Of a stretch of 64,000 nt of DNA, positions 10,246 to 18,491 are shown one piece after another. Both the position numbers and the translations under genes were made by a program. The notes beneath the pieces are model-generated. The model did not search any database and was not told the DNA's origin. It saw only the letters and a list, made by a program, of their open reading frames with translations. Each line of letters starts with the position of its first letter. Position 1 is the first letter of the stretch. Source of the DNA: an uncultured bacterium (GTDB taxonomy: Bacteria > Bacillota_I > Bacilli_A > RF39 > UBA660); NCBI GenBank assembly GCA_949291455.1, contig CASEVQ010000002.1, positions 5,763-69,762 of the forward strand. The letters run 5' to 3'.

Positions 10246-10702
10246 ATACTTTAATGTCGTTCAAATTATAGGTAATATTTTATTATTAATATCAGTCATA
10301 GGTAGTTTTGTAGCGACTGGAGAAATACAGAACACAATGATAGGTCTATTTTGGTTTGCATTAACAATTAATATGTTAGGAATTACTTATTTCTTTGCTA
10401 CTTGGACAAAGGGTGGTATAAATGCAGATGTAAAAAAATCAAAACAGATATTTAATGATTTAGACAACGTTGCAGTTACTCTAATTGTTGGTTATATGTT
10501 AGCTTACTTAATAATTATGTTTATAACTAATATGTCTAATGATATTAGAAATAATTTCTATTTAATTGGTGGTTCTTACATACTTACAGTTTTTGTAGAA
10601 GTTATATTATTTACAGTAGTAGAAAAGGCATATAAAGAAACAATAAAATTAGTGAAAAAAAATAATATAGGTAAAAATGACAGGAGTGACAGAAAAAAAT
10701 AG
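10229..10702 (+). CDS. four-TM membrane protein
   Basis: Four hydrophobic segments; RBS AAGGAGAGG; overlaps the repressor stop. Confidence 0.7.
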   Translation: MKEKIKYFNVVQIIGNILLLISVIGSFVATGEIQNTMIGLFWFALTINMLGITYFFATWTKGGINADVKKSKQIFNDLDNVAVTLIVGYMLAYLIIMFITNMSNDIRNNFYLIGGSYILTVFVEVILFTVVEKAYKETIKLVKKNNIGKNDRSDRKK

Positions 10703-10753
10703 GAGATACCCTCCCAAATGTGCTGTCATAGTGTCATTTGTAATATCAAAAAT

Positions 10754-10786
10754 AAACACCATAAGCTATGAACTTGTGGTGTTTTT
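10754..10786. terminator. bidirectional terminator
   Basis: AAACACCATAAG / CTTGTGGTGTTT stem between convergent genes. Confidence 0.65.
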
Positions 10787-11099
10787 ATATTGAAATTATT
10801 TCAAGAGGGTTTTCATTTGTTATTTTTAGTTTATATTTATTTTCTAATAATTGCTTTATTTTATCGTAATCACAGTCGGCTACATAAAATTGTGATAAAT
10901 CATTTAAAGCAGAGAAAACAATATCATCCATTTGCTCTCTAAAAAGAAAATTGTGTTTTATTCTTTCAGCAATATAATAACTAACATATTCCTCTAAAAT
11001 ATTATTATCTTTAAAATGTTTAGTAAAAGCATTATCAAAGGTTTCGACTAATTTATCAAATTCTTCATTAGTTACTTGGTTTATATCATCTCTTATCAT
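10785..11099 (-). CDS. hypothetical protein
   Basis: 104-aa ORF with strong RBS AGGAGG. Confidence 0.7.
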   Translation of the reverse strand: MIRDDINQVTNEEFDKLVETFDNAFTKHFKDNNILEEYVSYYIAERIKHNFLFREQMDDIVFSALNDLSQFYVADCDYDKIKQLLENKYKLKITNENPLEIISI

Positions 11100-11119
11100 T
11101 TGTTGTTCCTCCTAAAAAA

Positions 11120-11410
11120 TTAATTAGATTTATTTTTCATATTTTGTATAAAATCATCAATTAATTGTTCTAACTTTCTTACATCTTCTTTTGTTACTAG
11201 ATAATTGTAATCTTTTTTTGATTTTAATACGTTATAGATTATTTCTTCATAGTCTATACTGGTATTTTGTTTTTTTAAAACTAACTTATTGTTATTTAAA
11301 GTAATATTAATTAAATCATAATCTTTTATATTTAATATTTTTCTATACTCTCTAGGAATAACAATTCTTCCTAGATTATCAATTTTTCTAGTAAATCCAA
11401 CATTTTCCAT
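11120..11410 (-). CDS. AbrB/MazE/SpoVT-family DNA-binding protein
   Basis: GFTRKIDNLGRIVIPREYRKILNI is the AbrB N-domain signature. Confidence 0.9.
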   Translation of the reverse strand: MENVGFTRKIDNLGRIVIPREYRKILNIKDYDLINITLNNNKLVLKKQNTSIDYEEIIYNVLKSKKDYNYLVTKEDVRKLEQLIDDFIQNMKNKSN

Positions 11411-11434
11411 TTTCTACACCCTCTACGTTATTAA

Positions 11435-11732
11435 TTTTATGCGAATATCGCATAAAAGTCAATATGCGACAAACGCATAATATAAAATGTTCTTGGTGGT
11501 AGATATGGAACGATTAAGAGATTTAAGAGAAGATAAAGATTTAACACAACAAGAAGTAGCTGATATGTTAGGTTGTTCTCAAACTACATACTCAAGATAC
11601 GAAACTGGCGACTTAAATGTACCTATAGATATATTAAAAAAGTTAGCAAAGTTTTATAAAGTTAGTATTGATTATATTGTAGGAATAACTAATAAAAAGA
11701 ATTGATTAATCTATGCGAATATCGCATAGATT
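11435..11732. promoter_or_regulatory. three palindromic operators TATGCG-N5-CGCATA
   Basis: Copies at 11435-11457, 11463-11479 and 11708-11732, upstream of each XRE gene. Confidence 0.7.
11505..11705 (+). CDS. small XRE-family HTH regulator
   Basis: RLRDLREDKDLTQQEVADMLGCSQTTYSRYETG. Confidence 0.9.
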   Translation: MERLRDLREDKDLTQQEVADMLGCSQTTYSRYETGDLNVPIDILKKLAKFYKVSIDYIVGITNKKN

Positions 11733-11787
11733 TTAACTTATATAACTGGCTTAATCTAAAATTACTTTAGAGAAAGTAGATGTTAAT

Positions 11788-12018
11788 ATGGAAAGAATTA
11801 GAAACTTAAGAGAAGATAAAGATTTAAGTCAAAATGAAATTGCTAAAATATTAAATTGCTCGCAAACAACTTATTCAAGATATGAAACAGGTGATCTAAA
11901 TATACCAGTTGACTCTTTAATTAAGTTAGCAATATATTTTAATACTAGCATTGATTATTTAACTGGACTTACTGATGAAAAAAAGCCTTATAAAAGGTCA
12001 ATAAGAACAGATAAATAA
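11788..12018 (+). CDS. small XRE-family HTH regulator (paralog)
   Basis: RIRNLREDKDLSQNEIAKILNCSQTTYSRYETG; same recognition helix as the upstream gene. Confidence 0.9.
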   Translation: MERIRNLREDKDLSQNEIAKILNCSQTTYSRYETGDLNIPVDSLIKLAIYFNTSIDYLTGLTDEKKPYKRSIRTDK

Positions 12019-12126
12019 ATTATTATATTAAAGAGTAAGTAGTAGGTTGTAATCTACTATTTTTATTTTGTATTTAATGATATAATTATCTAAATAATAA
12101 TTAATTTGTAGTATCGGAGGGTAATA

Positions 12127-12861
12127 ATGAAAAGGGTAATAGTTGGACTTTTAATAATAGCTATAGTAACAGGTTGTAGTTCAAAAAATAATTTTAATAT
12201 CGAATATGAAAATCAAAATGAATGTAATAAACCTAAATTGCTTTTATCAAAAGATGGTAGAAACATTTATACTTATTGTATTGAAAATATAACTATTGAA
12301 ATGAAAAATAGAAAAGCTGAATTAAAAAGTTATATTGAAGATAATAGCAATGCTATAAACGAAATAATAGACATATTAAAACTAGAAGATATTTTAAAGG
12401 ATGGCGGTACTCAAATCTATAGGGGAGATATAACTTTAATCAAATGTAATACATTGGATGGTAATAAAGATATTTATATTGGAAATAATAATATGAAGCA
12501 TAAACAAAACTTTTGTAAAGATAACAATTATACTTTTATAAGAACTTATACGGTAAAAGATATATCAAAATATACTGAACAACAATATGATGAAGATGGG
12601 AATCCAGTTTCTTATGGAAATTCTTTTAAGGTAGAACTAAATGAATTCCAAGGAGAAACAAAAACAGTTATCATAAATAATTTATGGGATGTAACATTAG
12701 AAAAAAATAAAACTTATGAATTTGAGTTTATGATTAATGAAGATGTGACTAATGTAAAAGATGAACTAGAAGATATTTTTAAAAACTCAACTATTGTAGG
12801 TGTTAAAGAAACAACTAAAACAGGTTTAGAACAAATACAAGAGCCAATGGTCAAACAATAA
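12127..12861 (+). CDS. lipoprotein
   Basis: Signal peptide with lipobox VTGC; RBS GGAGG. Confidence 0.8.
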   Translation: MKRVIVGLLIIAIVTGCSSKNNFNIEYENQNECNKPKLLLSKDGRNIYTYCIENITIEMKNRKAELKSYIEDNSNAINEIIDILKLEDILKDGGTQIYRGDITLIKCNTLDGNKDIYIGNNNMKHKQNFCKDNNYTFIRTYTVKDISKYTEQQYDEDGNPVSYGNSFKVELNEFQGETKTVIINNLWDVTLEKNKTYEFEFMINEDVTNVKDELEDIFKNSTIVGVKETTKTGLEQIQEPMVKQ

Positions 12862-12877
12862 TTATAAATTAGGAGGA

Positions 12878-13336
12878 ATGATTATGAAAAAGACAATGCT
12901 AGCTATTCTACTATGTGGAGTTATGTTATTAGGAGTTACTGGGTGTGGAACTACAAATGAGTTTGATATAGGGAATGTATCAAATCTTGAAATTAATAAT
13001 AACAATAATGTTACATTATCTGTTAAGGATGGGACATTAGAAAACACAAGTGCTACATTAATTCTTGAAAATAACACCGATAAATTATTGCGTTATGATG
13101 AGTATTATAAAATGGAAATAAAAAAAGATAATGAATGGCACACAATTAATGTTGAATTATATTTTAATGATCCACTTTGGGGAGTAAATCAAAACTCTAA
13201 AGAAGAAATTGAATTAAACTGGGAACATGGATATGGCAAATTAGCACCCGGAGAATATAGAATAATCAAAGAAGTTTATTTTGAAAATGAAGAAGAACAA
13301 GAATTTAACATATCGGCAGAGTTTACTATTAAATAA
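12878..13336 (+). CDS. lipoprotein with bacterial Ig-like domain
   Basis: Lipobox VTGC; NWEHGYGKLAPGEYRIIK...SAEFTI Ig-like pattern. Confidence 0.8.
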   Translation: MIMKKTMLAILLCGVMLLGVTGCGTTNEFDIGNVSNLEINNNNNVTLSVKDGTLENTSATLILENNTDKLLRYDEYYKMEIKKDNEWHTINVELYFNDPLWGVNQNSKEEIELNWEHGYGKLAPGEYRIIKEVYFENEEEQEFNISAEFTIK

Positions 13337-13370
13337 TAAATTACAATTCATTGAAAGGAGTAAGTAAACA

Positions 13371-13571
13371 GTGAGAAAAACTTTATCAGTTATAGGAGTT
13401 GCAATACTATCATTACTAATAACATTTTTTATATTTGAAATAATGAGTTGGTATGATTTTGGTAGTCCTATAACAAATGTAGTATTATTTAGAATAATTA
13501 TATGTTTTGTTATAATATTCATCATTTTACTAGGATTAATGTTAATAATAAAAAGACAAAGGAATAAATAA
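13371..13571 (+). CDS. small two-TM membrane protein
   Basis: GTG start, RBS GAAAGGAG, two hydrophobic helices. Confidence 0.7.
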   Translation: MRKTLSVIGVAILSLLITFFIFEIMSWYDFGSPITNVVLFRIIICFVIIFIILLGLMLIIKRQRNK

Positions 13572-13597
13572 TTTTAGGTGCTATTTAGGTGCTAAAA
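13571..13597 (+). repeat. putative integrase arm-type sites (right)
   Basis: Perfect 27-bp copy of 5079-5105. Confidence 0.8.
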
Positions 13598-13709
13598 AGT
13601 TAGAAAACTTTTAAAATTATTTAATTTATGTTGGTATAAAATAAACAAAAAAAGTTAAAAAATAAGGGAAAAATGAAGCTGTAAAATAAAAAGCGACTAA
13701 ACAACTTCG

Positions 13710-13808
13710 CCCCCTGAAGGGCATCGTCGAGAGACGGTGTCCACTTTTTTTATGCGTGTTTGCGTTATAATACACAAAAGTACACAACTTTTATAAATGA
13801 ATAAGTTT
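13710..13808 (+). repeat. att core + terminator + arm-like module (copy 1)
   Basis: CCCCCTGAAGG, hairpin GGGCATCGTC-GAGA-GACGGTGTCC plus T-run, then TACACAAAAGTACACAAC; near-identical to 24435-24533. Confidence 0.85.
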
Positions 13809-13846
13809 TTCGTGTTATAATAACAAATTAGAAATGAGTTGATGTT

Positions 13847-15199
13847 GTGTATAAAATTGTCTTACTAATTGATGTAAAAAATAGTAATTTTATTGTTGAA
13901 AAAAGAAACAATAATTGGTTTTTGCCAACTTTATCAAATGTCGAGAATATAGATAAAATACATGAGAGAATCATGAATAAATATAACTTTGATGTTAAAA
14001 ATATCAAGTTGATTATTAAAGAAAAAAATGTTTTGTTTGTAAGATGTAATTTGCAAAGTGAGAACTTTGATAAAAAAAAATTTAAGATAGAAGTGCTTAA
14101 TGAAATTGCTTCTATAATAAATAACAAAAAACAAAAGGAATTGATAACGAATCTTTTAGTTAGGATTGGCTTTGAAATGCTTAACGATTCTTTTTGGCTT
14201 GGTATTATTTTGACAACGGAAGATAATTTGAAAGACATGACATTAAAGGTTCTTTTATCTGATTTTTTAGTTTTCTTTTCATCTATTTTTTGTGAAGAAT
14301 TATTAACATATAAATTTGGTGGGATAAAAAATGATTTAAATATTACTGAAAAACAGATAAAGAAAATTAGAAATTCATATTTAAAAAGTTGCCCATTATT
14401 TGACTCGGATAAAAGTAAGAAAATAATTGATGAAATGGGTATTGATTTAAATTCGACAATATATGATTGTGTTCTATTTTTTGTTAATAAGGATTTGATT
14501 GATATTAACTTTAGAACATGGCAAAATCGTGAACAAGAAATGTACGAAATACTTAATGGTATAGTGTTATCACCAAGAAGATGGATTAAAAATTGTTATC
14601 CCCAATTTGATTCCTTTTTTGAAGAAATAAGAAAATCATATGTAGATTATTTTATAGAAAGGTTTAATAAAATTGAGGTGGAACCTAAATCATATTCAAC
14701 ACATAAGTTATTTAGAAATAGTAAACTTTCAGACAATGAAAAAACTTATATATTACAGAGAATAGGATTGTTGAAAACAACTTTATTAATATCAAAAACT
14801 TTTGGCCATGGTAATTTTATTTCAACAAAAATTGAAAGTGAATTTAAACTAAGTTTTGATAATTATTTATTAAAAGTTAAAGCAACTATTATTGAGATGA
14901 TATGGAATGATTATAATCAAAATAAAGAGAAATTGTTATTTTTAAAAGATGTTCTTAATAATTATCCTAAAGATATTTCTGAAGATTTTTTCAAAATTAA
15001 TAGAAAATGCCGTGATAATATTCATTATGGTTATTATCACGATATTACTCAAGGAGAGATTGCTATTTTAGACAAGTATCAAGAAATGTATATTAGTTAT
15101 GTTATAAAAGAATTTGATAAAGAAATAGAATTTAAATGTGATTTGAGTTATATAATAGGATTATCACTTGCTAAATTACAATATTGGGCATCACATTAA
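13847..15199 (+). CDS. hypothetical protein with possible C-terminal HEPN RNase motif
   Basis: 450-aa ORF; NRKCRDNIHYG in a helical C-terminal region resembles the HEPN R-x-H motif. Confidence 0.55.
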   Translation: MYKIVLLIDVKNSNFIVEKRNNNWFLPTLSNVENIDKIHERIMNKYNFDVKNIKLIIKEKNVLFVRCNLQSENFDKKKFKIEVLNEIASIINNKKQKELITNLLVRIGFEMLNDSFWLGIILTTEDNLKDMTLKVLLSDFLVFFSSIFCEELLTYKFGGIKNDLNITEKQIKKIRNSYLKSCPLFDSDKSKKIIDEMGIDLNSTIYDCVLFFVNKDLIDINFRTWQNREQEMYEILNGIVLSPRRWIKNCYPQFDSFFEEIRKSYVDYFIERFNKIEVEPKSYSTHKLFRNSKLSDNEKTYILQRIGLLKTTLLISKTFGHGNFISTKIESEFKLSFDNYLLKVKATIIEMIWNDYNQNKEKLLFLKDVLNNYPKDISEDFFKINRKCRDNIHYGYYHDITQGEIAILDKYQEMYISYVIKEFDKEIEFKCDLSYIIGLSLAKLQYWASH

Positions 15200-15240
15200 A
15201 AAAGTATGTTATAATAGTTAGCCAAGGGAAGTGACTATCT

Positions 15241-15493
15241 ATGATTATTTATACTTGTAGAACTAAAAAGATTCTAACAACACCAGACTTTATATATAAT
15301 ATTTCAAATGAATATAAAATGTTTGCATACAATTCAGATTTAATGAGTAATTGTGGATGTATAGAGAAACAAGATTTAGTCACAAAGGATGTTTATTATA
15401 CTTATAATACATTGGTTAGTTTTAACAATTCATTGGATAATGGAAACAATAATGCTTTTGATTTATTAAAGGATTATTTAGAAAATCATCCAG
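15241..15493 (+). pseudogene. gene truncated by IS21 insertion
   Basis: The ORF runs into the IS terminus at 15494 and stops inside it. Confidence 0.6.
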
Positions 15494-15553
15494 TGTTAAA
15501 GTCAATATAAAAATGTGCAAAAAGTTGAAAATAAAAATGTACAAAAAATTTAC

Positions 15554-16324
15554 TTAACTTTGCATGGTTTCAGAGACATCTGAATCCATTTTTAACTTAT
15601 CTTTTAAACGATATGAATTACCATTTATATTAATAATATATGAATGATGTAATAATCTATCTAAAATTGCATTAGCTAATGTTACATCATTAAATATTTC
15701 ATGCCATTTTCCAAATGGTTTATTTGTCGTTATTATAGTTGAATGTTTTTCATATCGCTTATTAATTAATTGAAATAACATATTCGCTCCATCCAAATCC
15801 ATTGGTAAAAATCCAACTTCATCTATTATCAACAATTTATATCTTGCATAATGGTTCAATCTATTTATAAATCTATTTTCAGATTGGGCTTTTTTTAAAT
15901 TAGCTATTAAATCATTACAATTTATAAAGTAAGTTGAATTCCTATTTTGGGCTGCTTCTATCCCTATGGATGTTGCTAAATGTGTTTTTCCCACTCCTGG
16001 TGAACCTACAAAAATAATGTTTTCATTATTTTCGATAAATCTTAAATTTTTAAAATCTAATATTTGTTCCTTATTTATTGTTGGCTGAAAAGAAAAATCA
16101 AAGTCATCAAATGTTTTCAAAAAAGGAAAATCAGCAGTTCTTACACAACCATAAATTGCTTTTTCGTTTCTTAATTCTATTTCTAGATTAGTTAATTCAT
16201 ATAATGCTTCTACAACATCTTTTTCTTTATTATTAATTAAATCTATATATTTATCTAAGTTTTGTTTTATCTTTTCTAATTGTAGTATTTCTAAATTATT
16301 TAGTAATTTTACATAGTTATTCAT
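15554..16324 (-). CDS. istB: IS21 transposition helper ATPase IstB
   Basis: GSPGVGKTHLA, LLIIDEVGF, ITTNK, AILDRLLHH, GNSYRLK. Confidence 0.96.
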   Translation of the reverse strand: MNNYVKLLNNLEILQLEKIKQNLDKYIDLINNKEKDVVEALYELTNLEIELRNEKAIYGCVRTADFPFLKTFDDFDFSFQPTINKEQILDFKNLRFIENNENIIFVGSPGVGKTHLATSIGIEAAQNRNSTYFINCNDLIANLKKAQSENRFINRLNHYARYKLLIIDEVGFLPMDLDGANMLFQLINKRYEKHSTIITTNKPFGKWHEIFNDVTLANAILDRLLHHSYIININGNSYRLKDKLKMDSDVSETMQS

Positions 16325-16327
16325 CTT

Positions 16328-17535
16328 TTATACCTCATTAAGTTTATTTATTAGTTCTAAATTCTTTTTAGAATTTTCATCTATTTCATTTTTATTTTTA
16401 TATTTTAATAAAGTCATTAACCCTTCAGAGTAGTGTTCATCCTTATAATTAATATATTTATTAGAAATATCATGTATAGTTATTAATTCTTTGTTATAAT
16501 ATACATAAAGTTTATTATTTTCTTCTCTTAAATTTAGAGTTCGATTAATAAACTTTATGGGTACTGAATATTTAGAACCTTTATAATAAAATAATGATTC
16601 GTTTGATACCTTAGTAAGTAAAGTATCATATAAATAATTATTCATTATTTTATTGTTAGGAAGAGGTTTTAAATATTCTTTTTCTTTTTGAAATAACATA
16701 ATTGGTGGCATACCAATTTTTTCATTTGTTTGTCTATTTACTTTTAGGTTTATTTCTTTAATTATATTTATTAATTCTTCCTCAGTTTCAAATTCACCAT
16801 TATATGGAATTAACCAACTAAGAAATCTATTACATGACTCATCTTTACCTTTAGTATATGCATGTCATGGCTTACATTTTTTAGGAATAAACCCCATATC
16901 TTTAGAGAACATAATAAAATCTTTATTGAATTCTTTCTTTTAGCATCTACTATACTACTCATGTTATCAGTTAAAGTTTCTTCTGAAACTCCACCAATGT
17001 ATTGAAATGTTTTAACTAAACATCTTTCAACATCTAATCTTGTTTTATATTTACTATATATAAATACATGTAATCTACTTGCACTTAAGGTAGAAGAAAA
17101 TATATTAAATTCAAAAATTTTCCCAGATTTACTAAACATTTTTATATCTTCTTTCCAATCAAATTGTAATTGTTTACCATATTCAGTTTCATATCTAGGA
17201 TGAAATTTATTTTTATTTTTATTGGTTTTAAATTCTTTAGAATATTTATAAAAATTAGAATAGTTACCTATATTATTATCTATCTCTTTAAAATATTCAT
17301 AAGTTCCTTTTATAGTAGAACCTGGTAATTCTAACTTAGTTTTAATATCTTCTTTATATTTATCTAATTTAGATTCTTTATTTCTATTTTTAGGTTTACC
17401 TTCATAGCCATTATCATATTTATTTACTGTTCTTCGATCACAATTATGTAATCTAGCTAACTCAGAATAATTTGGTTTCATATTTTCTGTTTTCAATATT
17501 ATCAACTCCTGTTTTAGTTTATTTAAATTCTTCAT
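16328..17535 (-). pseudogene. istA: IS21 transposase IstA, frameshifted and with a nonsense codon
   Basis: RYETEYGKQLQFDW and LTDNM motifs. Frameshift near 16940; the continuing frame KCKP*HAYTKGKDE has TGA at 16867-16865 and joins the 16328-16711 ORF. Confidence 0.9.
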
Positions 17536-17840
17536 GTTATACCTCCGTTTTAAACTAAAGTATAACAAAAAGAATGTACAAAAATGTTCATTTTTATATT
17601 ACATTTTTTGTACATTTTTATATTATCATTAACATTACGGCATTAATAATGATGATTTATTCAATTTATGCTATAATTCAAGAAAAACAAAAGTCAAAAT
17701 ATTATAAAAAGACTATATTATATGAAACAAATTATGATAAATATTTTACAATGGTAAGAAAGCAAAAAATAGTGGTTTTAAAAAAGAGACTACAACTACC
17801 GTTTTTAAAATTTTTTAGTTAAAATAAAGAGGTTAATAAG

Positions 17841-18089
17841 ATGGAAAGAATACAATTGCAGTATATTCTTTTTGGTATGTGTACTATATCAGGTCTTGTC
17901 TTTATAATATATCTTTTAAAAAATAAAGATTAGGGATTAGATTATGATGAAATTATTGCAATGATGAAAGAACAAACAGAAGATAATTTAAATGTATTAA
18001 AAAGAAAAGATAAAGAGATTAATGAAATTGAAAAAGAAATATTAATTTGTAAAAAAGAATTAGGAATAAAACCTTTTAAAAAAGGTTGA
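17841..18089 (+). pseudogene. small TM + coiled-coil protein with in-frame TAG
   Basis: RBS AAGAGG, ATG 17841, TAG at 17931-17933; the frame stays open to TGA 18089. Confidence 0.45.
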
Positions 18090-18125
18090 AAAAGGTTAAA
18101 AAAGCAAAAAATTACGCTATTGTTA

Positions 18126-18242
18126 TTGCCTTTTTAAAAATTATATATATAATAAATTCAAATTGTTGGGTGTGTTTGCCCACTTTATATTATATATTGA
18201 TTTGAAAGGTGGCAAGCACGTGTGTTTTTTGCCCCCTTTTTT
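18126..18242 (+). promoter_or_regulatory. promoter and structured leader of the rSAM operon
   Basis: TTGCCT-N16-TATAAT (18126-18153); stem GTGTTTGCCCACTTT / AAAGGTGGCAAGCAC; GCCCCC followed by a T-run. Confidence 0.5.
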
Positions 18243-18305
18243 AGTACACAACATAGGAAACTATGTATTTATAAAATTTTTTAAAGAGTGAAAGGAGGAT
18301 TTTGT

Positions 18306-18440
18306 ATGAAGAAGATGGCTATTAAAAATGACATTGTAAAAAATTTAAAGACAAAACTTTCAAATCAAAAAATCAAAATTTCTTTTGGTAATAAGATAGG
18401 ATTGGGTTACGACGGTTGCGGAACCCATACTCACAAATAA
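18306..18440 (+). CDS. putative RiPP precursor peptide (44 aa, not in the ORF track)
   Basis: RBS GAAAGGAGG; MKKMAIKNDIVKNLKTKLSNQKIKISFGNKIGLGYDGCGTHTHK; directly upstream of the rSAM gene. Confidence 0.8.
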   Translation: MKKMAIKNDIVKNLKTKLSNQKIKISFGNKIGLGYDGCGTHTHK

Positions 18441-18491
18441 TTTTTTAAAATCAACCTCCTATGTTGTGTAATTATTTATTGGAGGTAAGAT

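Larger units (their letters stand above)
5014..13720. mobile_element. integrative mobilisable element (IME), about 8.7 kb
   Basis: Bounded by an 11-bp direct repeat CCCCCTGAAGG (5014-5024, 13710-13720). Carries tyrosine integrase, MobV relaxase, AAA helicase, Xis-like protein and XRE repressor; 27-bp arm repeats at both ends. Confidence 0.88.
15494..17634 (-). mobile_element. IS21-family insertion sequence (defective)
   Basis: Terminal IRs TGTTAAAGTCAATATAAAAATGTGCAAAAA and TGTTAATGATAATATAAAAATGTACAAAAA (TG...CA ends), internal repeats of AATGTACAAAAA, istA/istB pair. Confidence 0.92.

Noticed and set aside
12085-13370. Integron-like cassette boundaries between the lipoprotein genes (TAAATAATAA.TT)
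   Set aside because: The motif is too short and AT-rich to distinguish from background by eye.
17574-17822. 82-aa ORF as a real gene
   Set aside because: Its start lies inside the IS21 terminal repeat; it is a chimera of the IS end and a gene remnant.
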